Of a stretch of 64,000 nt of DNA, positions 49,289 to 58,940 are shown in pieces. How positions within the stretch are numbered: position 1 is the first letter of the stretch; each line of letters starts with the position of its first letter. Origin of the DNA: Trueperaceae bacterium (lineage in GTDB: Bacteria; Deinococcota; Deinococci; Deinococcales; Trueperaceae); the NCBI GenBank assembly GCA_965213925.1, contig OZ243927.1, forward strand, positions 2,144,001 through 2,208,000. The letters run 5' to 3'. The notes below the pieces were generated by a model. The model was not told the DNA's origin. It searched no databases and saw only the letters and a program-made list of their open reading frames with translations. A program made the translations under genes and the position numbers.

Positions 49289-51004
49289 TTACCTGACCTG
49301 ATCAGGGGTGTTGCCGAAGACGTTGTACATACCGTCGTTGCCAACATCGTTACCTGCATAGTCCAAACCATTCAGGGTGACAGCATTGATGCGATATACC
49401 CCACCGCCAGCAGCGGCTGTGTTGTCACTAATGATTGCATTGTCTTGCAGTGTGAGCACGGCATTATTTCTGAGAAACACGCCGCCACCGTTTCGGGAAG
49501 AGCTGTTACCCGTGATCGTTGCGTTGTCCTGTAGCGTGAGCGTGCCATTATCTCTGAGATACACGCCGCCGCCATCATTTGTCGTCTCATTTCCGGTAAC
49601 GGTTGTATTACCTCGTAGGGTGAGACTGCCGTCACTGTATAAACCGCCGCCAGAATTGCCAGTAACGAAACCGTTGGTTATTGTAAGGTCCTCGAGTATG
49701 ACGTTGGCTCCTCCAGCGATATAGAAAATGTTGCTATAAGCGCCGCCATCAATAGTCACGCTACCTACGATGGTTAGATTCTTGTCAACGATAATTCTCT
49801 CTCCGCTTAAGACAACCGTCTGCACATCCTCAGCAAAACCGATAATGTCACCTGCCTGAGCATCTGCTACAACCTGTCGCAACGAGCCCGCACCATCATT
49901 GTTACCGTTTGTAACAACTGCCGAAAATGCCGCTACGCTCGCGCCCTGCTCAACTTCCGTCTGGTTCCCCGAGGTGTCAATCGCCACCACCGTAAGGTCG
50001 TAGTCACCCTCCTCAGGCGTCCAGCTCATGCTCCAGTCGTTTCCCGTGAACGAGACCTCCGCCACGCCCTCTTCGGCGTACTCTTCTGTGTCGCTCGAGC
50101 CGATCAAGACCGGTCCCTCGAACACCTGCACCTTTTGAATACCGATGTTGTCCGAAGCGGTGCCCGTTAAAGTTGTTTCTTGTCCTGCGACGAGCGAACC
50201 GGGGTCGTTCACGGTGAGGCTAGGACGCTCGTTGTCGAGAAAAAAGCCCGCGTTCTCGACGAAGGGCAGGGTGAATTCACTGGTCATCTGCTGGTTCTCT
50301 GTCGCTACGCCGTCTACGATCATCCAGCCGATGACCGTTACAGTGACGGTGAAGTCGTTGTCTTGCGGATTTGTGGTCGCAGTAACGCGCGTGCCTAAGT
50401 CGCTCTGCTCGTTTACATTGCCATCGTCCGCGCCAACCTCGTACACGGCGCTGTAGTCTTCAAAAGGAACTTCGTAACCGCTGGGTGAGGTCACGCTGAG
50501 GTAGAGGTCTAAGAGCTGACCGGGCACGACCGAGCTAATGGGCGCGGTGTGGTCGAGCGTGACTGCGTTCATCAGGGTGTGCAGCCCCAGTGCGACAGTG
50601 TCTGTGTCAATATTGACGACCTGTGTCACTTCGCCGTAGCTCATCCAGGTGCCAGCCCCGTCGAAGCCTTTAGCCTGAAAGGTGTATTCCTGACCGGCGA
50701 CGATACCCACGCTGACGTCGTCACCCGGAGTGTACGGGATAAACGCCACGCTGCCGCTCGGGTCGAGGTTGTAGTCCTCATCAAAAGTGAGGGGATTACC
50801 GTCCGAGTCGAGAATGGTGATCTCCAGCGACTCGACGACGGGTGTGCCATCCTCTTGAAAGGGAACGCCCAAGGTGCTCAGACCGAAGTCGAGCGCTAGG
50901 GAAACGCGGGTAAGGTTGGGGTTGGAACTAGGCGTGTCCGCTTCAGGCTGGCTGGAGCAGGCTGCAATCAGTACTAGCAGGGCGAAAAGGAATAGTTTCT
51001 TCAC
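49289..51004 (-). CDS. Surface lipoprotein with Ig-like domain and C-terminal beta-helix (Pmp-like GGG(V/L)Y) repeats
   Basis: Lipobox IAAC; GTASDN..V...GDYDLTVVAIDTSGN Ig-like motif; GAGSLRQ followed by GGGxY/F repeats. Confidence 0.78.
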   Translation of the reverse strand: MKKLFLFALLVLIAACSSQPEADTPSSNPNLTRVSLALDFGLSTLGVPFQEDGTPVVESLEITILDSDGNPLTFDEDYNLDPSGSVAFIPYTPGDDVSVGIVAGQEYTFQAKGFDGAGTWMSYGEVTQVVNIDTDTVALGLHTLMNAVTLDHTAPISSVVPGQLLDLYLSVTSPSGYEVPFEDYSAVYEVGADDGNVNEQSDLGTRVTATTNPQDNDFTVTVTVIGWMIVDGVATENQQMTSEFTLPFVENAGFFLDNERPSLTVNDPGSLVAGQETTLTGTASDNIGIQKVQVFEGPVLIGSSDTEEYAEEGVAEVSFTGNDWSMSWTPEEGDYDLTVVAIDTSGNQTEVEQGASVAAFSAVVTNGNNDGAGSLRQVVADAQAGDIIGFAEDVQTVVLSGERIIVDKNLTIVGSVTIDGGAYSNIFYIAGGANVILEDLTITNGFVTGNSGGGLYSDGSLTLRGNTTVTGNETTNDGGGVYLRDNGTLTLQDNATITGNSSSRNGGGVFLRNNAVLTLQDNAIISDNTAAAGGGVYRINAVTLNGLDYAGNDVGNDGMYNVFGNTPDQVR

Positions 51005-51014
51005 AAAAAAACCT

Positions 51015-51106
51015 CTTTAAGGGGTGGAGTGCGCTGGGGGCGTCCCGAGAGCGCGGACTCAGGACACCCTCCTAAAGCGCAACGGAACCCTCCACCCCTC
51101 ATAAAG
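51015..51106 (-). promoter_or_regulatory. Long nested hairpin in the 5' leader of the lipoprotein gene
   Basis: Four stacked helices; two C/A mismatches on + become G-U pairs on the sense strand. Confidence 0.6.
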
Positions 51107-51291
51107 GGTGAAGTAAATTACGCTTTATGGGCTCAATATATGAAGAAGATGAAAGTGAGCCCGTGAAGAATTTCATGTGGCGCGCCTAGTATGTAATTAT
51201 TCACACGTTTGAAAAATTCGAAGCGGCTCAAAATGTCGCGTTTCTGCGCAGGCTAAAGTCCCGTCGCGCTTCTAAAGGGTCTCAGGTTCGG

Positions 51292-52371
51292 TTAGCCGTG
51301 AGCGCGTCGCGCTGCAAATTCTCTCGCTACCGCTTTATGAAACGCCCGGCGAAGCGCGTGGATATTCTGCCCCCTGCTGCGGTGCGGGTGCACGCGGTTG
51401 GTGAGGAGCACGGCGAACCATCCCTGCACGGGGTCTATCCACAAACTCGTGCCCGTGAAACCTGTGTGTCCGTAAGCGGCGGAACTCGCGAGGCTGCCGA
51501 CGCTCGAGCCCGCCCCACCAAGCTGCCATCCCAACCCCCTCCTCACACCGTCCGCTTCGACTTGCACCGAAGTCGCCTCACGGAGTAGCGTCTCACGTCC
51601 CAACCTCTCATTTAGTTTCAACCAGGCTTGCGCGTAGGTTGCTAGGTCTTGCGCGGTGCCGAAGAGCCCGGCGTGTCCGGCAACGCCGTCCATCACCCAG
51701 GCGTTCTCGTCGTGAACGACGCCCCCCAGCAACTCCCCGCGCCAACCGCAATCCTCAGTGGCGGCAACCGGAACGTCATGAAGAGGTCCGAAGGAGAGGT
51801 GGGGCAGCTCGAGCGGCTCAAAAATATGCGCCACTGCAAATTCATCCAACCGCTGTTTACTGACTCGCTCCACCACCGCGCCCAAGAGGATAAAGCCTAA
51901 GTCGCTGTAGGCGTAGGTCGGCTCACCCAAAGAGGTCTGCAGTACGTTGGCGAGCGCCGTTCGCCGCCCCTCAACCCAGGCGAAGAGAGGTGTCCAGGCG
52001 GGCAGCCCCGACGTGTGCGTGAGGAGTTGCCTGAGCGTCACGTCGGCGAGCGAGGGCGACTGCGCCCAGCCTGCGTTGCTGAAGAAATGGCTGACGGGAT
52101 GCTCGAGCCTCACCTCTTCCGCGTCTACCAGATGCAGGATACTCGGCAAGGTCACGACGACTTTAGTGAGCGAGGCTAAGTCGAAGCGCGTATCCAGCGT
52201 GACGGTTTCTCCACCAGATTCTTCACCAGAACCACCGCTGTAGCGCCGCACGCCTTTGGCTGCGATGACATCGTGATGATGCGGCGTACCTGCAACGGCA
52301 ACCGCACAGGGAATCTCGCCCTTTGCTACAGCGTCCGTTAGAACGGCTCGAGCCTCACCGAAGGGTCTCAC
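51292..52371 (-). CDS. Beta-lactamase-family serine hydrolase (AmiE-like by context)
   Basis: FDLASLTK (SxxK), LLTHTSGL, YSD, VHDENA, GHAGLF, HTGFTG. Confidence 0.85.
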   Translation of the reverse strand: MRPFGEARAVLTDAVAKGEIPCAVAVAGTPHHHDVIAAKGVRRYSGGSGEESGGETVTLDTRFDLASLTKVVVTLPSILHLVDAEEVRLEHPVSHFFSNAGWAQSPSLADVTLRQLLTHTSGLPAWTPLFAWVEGRRTALANVLQTSLGEPTYAYSDLGFILLGAVVERVSKQRLDEFAVAHIFEPLELPHLSFGPLHDVPVAATEDCGWRGELLGGVVHDENAWVMDGVAGHAGLFGTAQDLATYAQAWLKLNERLGRETLLREATSVQVEADGVRRGLGWQLGGAGSSVGSLASSAAYGHTGFTGTSLWIDPVQGWFAVLLTNRVHPHRSRGQNIHALRRAFHKAVAREFAARRAHG

Positions 52372-52498
52372 GTCAGCCCGTCCATACGAGGTGAGAAGAA
52401 GGTGTCCCGTTTTAGGGTTGCTAAAATCGGTTCGCGTCCCTTACGAGTATTCCGTTGCTGAATATATAAAACGTGGTACACCGCTGGCGAACAAGAGG

Positions 52499-53647
52499 TC
52501 ACGGCGTCGCTACGTTGAGCTTGCCCGCGATGACCGCGCGGCGTGCGCCCGTCGCATTCGGCAAGGTGTTCGGGAGACCGTGCCGCGCGAAATAACCCAT
52601 CACCGCAAAGGCGAGGGCTTCGCGGTCTTTGGCGTTCCAGCCGAGGTCAGCGAATGTACTGACGTTTGTCTCGAGACGTTCGCGCAGCATAGCTACGAGC
52701 GCCCTGTTGAGCGCCCCACCTCCAGCAAAGACGATTTCATTCACGTGAGGGACAAAGCGTTCGTACGCTTCTACGATGGACGCGGCGGTGAAGGCGGTCA
52801 GGGTAGCGATGAGGTCATCGGGTTCCAACCTCTTTAAGGGGACCTCTTTCTCCACCTCCGCAAGCGTAAAGACCTCTCGCCCCGTCGTCTTGGGCGGTGG
52901 ACGCTGCAAGTAAGGGTGCGCCGTGAGGTCGGAGAGCACTCTGTCATCGGCTTGACCGCTTGCAGCGTGGCGTCCGTCTGAGTCGTACTCGAGTCCGTAA
53001 AATCTCTCCATCGCCTCGTCTATAAGGCAGTTGGCAGGTCCGGTATCGAACGCAAAAACTTCGTTCGGGTCGCCGTTCGCGGGCAGATAGGTGAGGTTCG
53101 AGATGCCGCCTAAGTTGTGAACAGCCCTCGTCACACCGGGCTTGTGAAAGAGGTGCAGATCGCCGAACGCAACCAGCGGCGCACCCTGTCCGCCCGCCGC
53201 CATGTCCCCCTGCCGAAAGTCCGAGTAGACCGGAACAAAGCAGCGCTCCGCGACGAGGCTCGCTTCACCGAGTTGGAGGGTGCTGGGGGTGCGCCAACCT
53301 TTCGCTTCATCTTTTAGAGGGATGTGATAGATCGTCTGCCCGGAGAGCGCGACCAAGTCCACCCTCTCGTTTGCGCTTTCTTGCACCTCGGCGGCGAGGT
53401 TTGCGTAAGCGTGACCTACCTCGGCGTGAAGCTGGGTGAGGAGCGCGACGTCTGAGGTTGCGGGGTTCATGGCGCGTTGTAATCTGCCTCGCAAGGAAGA
53501 GGGGTAGGGCTCGGAAGCCCTCGCTAGGACGCGGTGCTCGAGCTTACTATCCTCACGCCTAAGCCGGACAAGTACCGCGTCCACGCCGTCGAGCGAGGTG
53601 CCTGACATCAGCGCTAAGATGTTGAGCGGCGGTAGGTCAGCGTTCAT
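52499..53647 (-). CDS. anmK: Anhydro-N-acetylmuramic acid kinase
   Basis: MSGTSLDGVD, DFRQGDMAAGGQGAPL, NLGGISN, FDTGPAN, PPKTTGRE, REALAFA. Confidence 0.94.
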   Translation of the reverse strand: MNADLPPLNILALMSGTSLDGVDAVLVRLRREDSKLEHRVLARASEPYPSSLRGRLQRAMNPATSDVALLTQLHAEVGHAYANLAAEVQESANERVDLVALSGQTIYHIPLKDEAKGWRTPSTLQLGEASLVAERCFVPVYSDFRQGDMAAGGQGAPLVAFGDLHLFHKPGVTRAVHNLGGISNLTYLPANGDPNEVFAFDTGPANCLIDEAMERFYGLEYDSDGRHAASGQADDRVLSDLTAHPYLQRPPPKTTGREVFTLAEVEKEVPLKRLEPDDLIATLTAFTAASIVEAYERFVPHVNEIVFAGGGALNRALVAMLRERLETNVSTFADLGWNAKDREALAFAVMGYFARHGLPNTLPNATGARRAVIAGKLNVATP

Positions 53648-53652
53648 TCCGG

Positions 53653-54435
53653 TCAACCGTACCCCTGCCATTCCGGTTCGTGCTCGAAAATCCAGCGGTA
53701 GTAGTCCTGTCCTTGTAACTCAGCAGCGGCGGCTTCGTCCACAATGACTTTGCAGTTCGGATGCAGTTGCAACGCCGTCGCGCTGATCATGGCGGTGATG
53801 GGACCTTCGGTAGCTTTCGCTAAAATGGACGCTTTGCGCTCGCCTGTGACGAGCATGACGATCTCTTTCGCCTCTAAAATCGTACCGACGCCCATCGTGA
53901 GTGCCCGTTCGGGAACGTGTTCCGCGCCGCCAAAAAATTCGGCGTTTTGCTCACGCGTCGTAGGCGTGAGCGCTTTGTCTCTGGTGCGCGACATGAGGGA
54001 GGAGAGCGGTTCGTTGAAGCCGATGTGCCCCGTTTCGCCCAGCCCCAAAAGCTGAAGGTCGATGCCGCCCGCCTCTTTGATGCTCGCTTCGAAGCGGCGA
54101 CATTCGGCGTCGAGGTCCGGGGCGACACCGTTGGGCAGATGCGTATAGTCGGGGTCGATGTCCGCGTGGTCGAAGAGGTGCTCGCGCATGTAAGCGTGAT
54201 AAGAGCGTGGGTCGTCCGGGGTCAAGCCGACGTATTCGTCTAGGTTGAAGGTGCGGCACGCTGAGAACTCGAGCCCCTGCTCGTGATGCTTGACGAGTTC
54301 ACGGTACACACTCTCCATCGTGCGCCCGGTGGCGCAGCCCAAGACGAGATCGGGCTTGCGGCGGAGCCTGTCGGCGACGAGCGCGGCGCAGAGCGTGGCG
54401 GCGGCTTCGGCGGTGGGGCGAATGACGAGGTCCAC
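53653..54435 (-). CDS. nagB: Glucosamine-6-phosphate deaminase
   Basis: GCATG, TFNLDEY, GGIDLQLLGLG..GHIGFNEP, TMGVGTI. Confidence 0.94.
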   Translation of the reverse strand: MDLVIRPTAEAAATLCAALVADRLRRKPDLVLGCATGRTMESVYRELVKHHEQGLEFSACRTFNLDEYVGLTPDDPRSYHAYMREHLFDHADIDPDYTHLPNGVAPDLDAECRRFEASIKEAGGIDLQLLGLGETGHIGFNEPLSSLMSRTRDKALTPTTREQNAEFFGGAEHVPERALTMGVGTILEAKEIVMLVTGERKASILAKATEGPITAMISATALQLHPNCKVIVDEAAAAELQGQDYYRWIFEHEPEWQGYG

Positions 54436-54436
54436 G

Positions 54437-55324
54437 CTAGTCCTGTGCCTTCTCTAAAGCGTCGCGCAAGCGCGGATAACGCGCCAAGAGGTCGCGGCTG
54501 GCTTCGGGGGAGAGGTCGGTCTCGAGCCTCAAAATCGCCTCGCCTATCGTCCAATTCGTTTCGCGCAGCACCTCTTCTACCTGAGCACGCGGTTTGCCTG
54601 TCGCCGTCTGTACCATCTGCGCTGCCCTTTTGTAGAGCTTGTCATTGACGGGCTTCATCCCCACCATGAGGTTCTTGTAGACGCCGCCGAGTTCGGGCAT
54701 GACGGCGGTGGAGAGGGCGTTGAGCGCAACCTTTTGTGCGGTTCCCGCCGCTAAGCGCGTTGAGCCGGCGATAACTTCGGGTCCGGTGGCTAGGAGGACG
54801 GGGCGTTCGGCAACGTTGAGGAGCCTCGAGCCGGGGTTATTCGCAATGCCGACTGTGAACGCACCTCTTGAGCGCGCCTCTTCCACGCCCGCTACCGTGT
54901 AAGGCGTCCCGCCACTCGCAGCTAAGCCGATGACCGCGTCCCTATCGTCTACCTCAGCCTGACGCACGGCGTCGCGGGCGGCGTCTTCGTCGTCTTCCGC
55001 GCCCTCTTGCGCCTGTTTGCCTGCTGCCTCACCACCGGCGAGTAATACAACCGTCTTGCTAAACCCGAAGGTCGGCGGCAACTCGGCAGCGTCTTGCAGC
55101 GCCAAGCGCCCCGACGTGCCCGCGCCGATGTAGATAAGTCTGCCACCGTTTAACAAGCGTTCGCGGATGCCGGCGGCGGCGTTCGTAAGCTCAGGCAAGG
55201 CGTGCGCCACCGCTTCCACCGCGCGTTGATTCGCCCCGATAAGAACCTCGAGCCGTTTTTCCAAGTCCCACGTATCGAACCGCTCAAAATCTCTGTAAAC
55301 CTCTTCGGTCTGGCTTCTCGTCAT
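54437..55324 (-). CDS. murQ: N-acetylmuramic acid 6-phosphate etherase
   Basis: GAGTSGRL, DAAELPPTF, EGAED, GPEVIAGSTRLAAGTAQK. Confidence 0.92.
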   Translation of the reverse strand: MTRSQTEEVYRDFERFDTWDLEKRLEVLIGANQRAVEAVAHALPELTNAAAGIRERLLNGGRLIYIGAGTSGRLALQDAAELPPTFGFSKTVVLLAGGEAAGKQAQEGAEDDEDAARDAVRQAEVDDRDAVIGLAASGGTPYTVAGVEEARSRGAFTVGIANNPGSRLLNVAERPVLLATGPEVIAGSTRLAAGTAQKVALNALSTAVMPELGGVYKNLMVGMKPVNDKLYKRAAQMVQTATGKPRAQVEEVLRETNWTIGEAILRLETDLSPEASRDLLARYPRLRDALEKAQD

Positions 55325-55331
55325 AAAACCT

Positions 55332-56063
55332 CTAAGCTCGCAGCTCGAGCAGCAGCCTATACCTATCGCTGCGGTAGGCGCTGCGCACGTATTCGAAGGG
55401 TTGGGTGTCCATGAAGGTGGTGCGCTCGAGCGCCAACACGGGCGTGGTCTCGGAAATCGCCAGCATGTCGCGCTCTCCTCTAAGCGGCAAGCGGGCGCTG
55501 ATGGCTTGTTTCGCGCCGGTTGGCACGACGCCGAACTGGGTTTGCAAGGTTTCGTAGAGGCTGCTCGTCGCTTTAAGCAGGTCGCGGGAGAGGTCCAAAT
55601 ACGGTGGCGAGAGGTGCGACACTTGCAAAGCTAAGGGCTCGTCGTCGGCGGTGCGCAAGCGGCTGATGCGCAAAACAGTATCCATCTCCTCCAACGCCAA
55701 AGCGTGGGCAACCTCTTCGTCGGCTGAAACCTGTTCGATGCCTAAGAGCACGCTGCCGGGTTTGAAACCCAAGAGTTGCGCCTCGTCGGTGAAGCCCTGG
55801 ACGCGGTCTACGGTCTGCTCGAGCCTCCTCCCTAACACGTACGTCCCCGAGCCGCGCCGCTGCTCGACGTAGTGCGCCGCCGCGAGTTCTTCTAACGCGC
55901 GGCGCACCGTCATGCGCGAGAGCCCCAAACGCTCGGCTAACACGCGCTCAGACGGGAGCGCCCTACCCGCCTTGAATTCGCCCGCGCGGATGGCGCGTTT
56001 GAGCTGCTCGGTGAGTTGCAAATAGGCTGGCGTAGGGAGCGTTTTGTTGATGTCTAGGGTCAC
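55332..56063 (-). CDS. GntR/HutC (UTRA) regulator, NagR/NagQ-like
   Basis: LPSERVLA..SRMTVRRAL..GSGTY; C-terminal UTRA domain; amino-sugar context. Confidence 0.92.
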   Translation of the reverse strand: MTLDINKTLPTPAYLQLTEQLKRAIRAGEFKAGRALPSERVLAERLGLSRMTVRRALEELAAAHYVEQRRGSGTYVLGRRLEQTVDRVQGFTDEAQLLGFKPGSVLLGIEQVSADEEVAHALALEEMDTVLRISRLRTADDEPLALQVSHLSPPYLDLSRDLLKATSSLYETLQTQFGVVPTGAKQAISARLPLRGERDMLAISETTPVLALERTTFMDTQPFEYVRSAYRSDRYRLLLELRA

Positions 56064-56986
56064 GGGTTCGCCTCTCGCTCGCTTACGCTTCCTGCCAGCT
56101 CGAGCGCGAGCCTAGCCGCCGCCCGCACGGGTTCGCCCTGGACGCGCTCTAAAGAACTGCTAGCGGGTAGGTGGTGCTCGAGCGCCGCCTCGACGACATG
56201 ATTCTGAGCGATGCCGCCCGAAAAGATGACGGGCAAAGGTTCACCTAAGCGCGTGAAGATAGCCCCTGCCAACGCCGCGAGTTCTGCGCCCGCTCGCTCT
56301 AAAATCTCCGTCGCCGCTTCGTCGCCTGCCTCGGCTGCTAGGGCGACAGCAGGCGCGAGCGCGGCAACTTGACGCCGCCCGCCGCCGTAGACAACCTCAA
56401 TAATGTCATCCCAATGCTCACTTCCCAACGCTCTGTAGACCTCTCGTGCAAGAGGTCTTACGTCAGGTTGTCCGCCCTTATCGAACCAGCGCAGCACCTG
56501 TTTCAACCCTTGCTGACCGATCCAAAAGCCGCCGCCCGCGTCGTCGATGAGGTAGCCGTAGCCGCCCGCCCTGATGACCTCTCCCCCTAAGCTCACGTGA
56601 TAGGCGATGCTGCCCGTGCCCGCGTAGACGAGCACGCCTTCACCTGGCTCGAGCACGCTCGCATACGCGACAGACATATCATTGTCTAAACGCACTTGTT
56701 CGGGCTCCAGCCCAAGCTCTAGGCAAATCTCACTTTGGAGCGTTTCAGCGGCGGGCGTACCCTTATGAAGTCCGGTGATGCCCCCTACAACCGCGTCCGG
56801 TTGCGCAACCTCAATAGCAGTTTGGAGGACCTCTTTCAAACGTCCCAAGTTCTCCGCTCGCGCCTCCTCCGTAAAGATATGACCCGTAATGGGCGGAGCA
56901 GTGCCGAAGCCGAGTTCGTGACCCTCGTCATCCAAGAGGAGCCAGCGGCTGCTCGAGCCCCCCGTATCCAGACCCAAACCGATCAT
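56060..56986 (-). CDS. BadF/BadG-type N-acetylhexosamine kinase
   Basis: LGLDTGGS, ND, AGTGSI, GGYGYLIDDAGGG. Confidence 0.85.
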   Translation of the reverse strand: MIGLGLDTGGSSSRWLLLDDEGHELGFGTAPPITGHIFTEEARAENLGRLKEVLQTAIEVAQPDAVVGGITGLHKGTPAAETLQSEICLELGLEPEQVRLDNDMSVAYASVLEPGEGVLVYAGTGSIAYHVSLGGEVIRAGGYGYLIDDAGGGFWIGQQGLKQVLRWFDKGGQPDVRPLAREVYRALGSEHWDDIIEVVYGGGRRQVAALAPAVALAAEAGDEAATEILERAGAELAALAGAIFTRLGEPLPVIFSGGIAQNHVVEAALEHHLPASSSLERVQGEPVRAAARLALELAGSVSEREANP

Positions 56987-57648
56987 GCGCCCTCCAGCAC
57001 GGCAGAGACGAAGCGTTTGGTAATCTCTACAGGATTCGTAATCGCCGTGCCGATGACGACGGCGTGGGCTCCTGAGTCGAACGCTCGAGCGACGTGCTCA
57101 GGGGTCCAGAAACGTCCCTCCGCGACGACGGGAAGGTCCACTGCACGGACGAGTTCGCGCAAGAGGTCAAAGTCCGGTGTGTCCGTGCGCGTCGTATAAG
57201 AGGTATAGCCCGAGAGCGTCGTAGAGACGTAGTCCGCGCCCGCCTCGGCAGCGGCGACGCCCTCTTCCAAGGTGGCAACATCCGCGAAGATAGAGCGTTT
57301 CAATTCGTTCTTGACTCTCTCCAGAAACCCTTCTCCTTCGGGATGCGCCCTCAAAGTGGCGTCAAGGGCGATGATGTCCGCACCCGCCTCCGCGATAGCT
57401 CGAGCACTTTCTAGCGTCGGGGTGATGTAGGGCTCGAAGCCCTCTAGCTCGAGCTTCCACAGTCCGATGACGGGCAACGTACTCACCTCTTTGATCGCCC
57501 GAATATCCTCTGGACCGTTCGCCCTGAGCGCCACCGCGCCGCCCAGCTCCGCCGCCTTCGCCATCGCCGCCATAAATACGGGACCGCGCAAGGGATTCCC
57601 CGGCTGCGCCTGACACGACACGATAAGACCTCTTGGAACGTTGATCAC
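56983..57648 (-). CDS. nanE: N-acetylmannosamine-6-phosphate 2-epimerase
   Basis: LIVSCQA, PVIGLWK, YITPT, TTLSGYT, AEGR, GTAIT. Confidence 0.93.
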   Translation of the reverse strand: MINVPRGLIVSCQAQPGNPLRGPVFMAAMAKAAELGGAVALRANGPEDIRAIKEVSTLPVIGLWKLELEGFEPYITPTLESARAIAEAGADIIALDATLRAHPEGEGFLERVKNELKRSIFADVATLEEGVAAAEAGADYVSTTLSGYTSYTTRTDTPDFDLLRELVRAVDLPVVAEGRFWTPEHVARAFDSGAHAVVIGTAITNPVEITKRFVSAVLEGA

Positions 57649-57649
57649 C

Positions 57650-58763
57650 TCAGCCCACCACCTTGTGACCCGCAACGTAGACCTCTAAAACTTGCAAGTC
57701 ATTATCCAAGAGGACGAGGTCCGCGCGTTTGTCAACCTCTAAACGCCCTCTATCCGTTAGACCTAGATAGCGTGCGGGCACGTCCGATAAGAGCGTGCTG
57801 ACCTGCGCTAAAGGTACGCCCGCGTTACAGGCGTTACGTAAGGCTTGGTCAAGCGTCAACACGCTGCCTGCTAGCGTGCCGTCGTCTAAACGCGCTGCAC
57901 CTTCTGAAACAGTCACAGATTTGTCCGCCCAGCTCCGTCCCACCTTCTCGCAGACCACACGCCCGAATCGCGTCGGTGATGAGGTGCAAACGTTCAGGTT
58001 TGGCGCTTAGCGCGGCTAAAAAGCTACCCGGATGAACGTGGTGCGTGTCGAAAATAAGTTCGGCGTAGGCGTCCCCTTCTGCAAGCGCCGCGCCGACTGC
58101 GCCGGGTGCGCGACTCCCCAAGGCGCTCATCGCATTGAAGAGGTGGGTAAAGCCGACTATGCCGCCAGCTTCTCTCACAGCGTTGACGAGAGCCTTAACC
58201 TCCTCAAATGTCGCATTCGTATGCCCAACACTCACCCGTACACCCGCTTGTGCAAAGTGCTTTGCGGCTCCAACTGCACCAGCAATCTCGGGTGCTAAGG
58301 TCACGAGCTTGACAATACCAAGGTCTAACACCTCTCGGACGTGTTCGGCGGTTGGCTCTAACGTATACGCAGGCTGCGCCCCCAACCGCTCCGGGCTGAT
58401 GAAGGGACCTTCCAAATGTGCGCCAGGGATGCTCGGCAGCGTCTCATCTCCCTGCTCCGCAACCTCTTTCACGCCGCGCAGTGCACCTAAGACCTCTTCC
58501 CAAGGATTTGTCATCGTCGTTGGCAGAAGCGTCGTCGTGCCGCGTTGCACGTGAAAACGCGCGAGCGTGCGCACGCCCTGTGCGCCGTCCATCGTGTCAC
58601 CGCCATCACCGCCGTGCACGTGGGTGTCGATGAAACCCGGCAGGATGTACGGACCTCCCGCTGCTGCTGTAAAAAGGTTGAGCGCTTCGATTTGTTCGTC
58701 AAAGCGCACTTCGCCCATCCGAACGCCACCGGAAGAAACGAGTTGACCCCTTAGCTTTGTCAT
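57650..58763 (-). pseudogene. nagA: N-acetylglucosamine-6-phosphate deacetylase split by a 1-nt frameshift
   Basis: PGFIDTHVHG, HLEGPFI, THLFNAM, LITDA in one frame; GTLAGS and ADLVLLD in another; shift at 57920-57922. Confidence 0.85.
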
Positions 58764-58834
58764 TCTCGAGCCCGCCACGCGCATCTATTCCTACCGAACT
58801 CACCACGCCATCTTTCCATTTCGCCTAGTATACC

Positions 58835-58888
58835 CTATACCAATCCCTTACCACTACTTGACAACTTGTGCACCGTGCGCGGTACAAT
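58835..58888. promoter_or_regulatory. Putative GntR direct-repeat site and sigma70-like promoter for the sugar ABC operon
   Basis: CTATACCA (58835) and CCTTACCA (58846) 11 nt apart; TTGACA (58858) - 19 nt - TACAAT (58883). Confidence 0.5.
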
Positions 58889-58940
58889 ATTCGGAGCAGC
58901 GTCACAACAATTGTGTAGGAATATTCCAAGGAGGTAGAAC

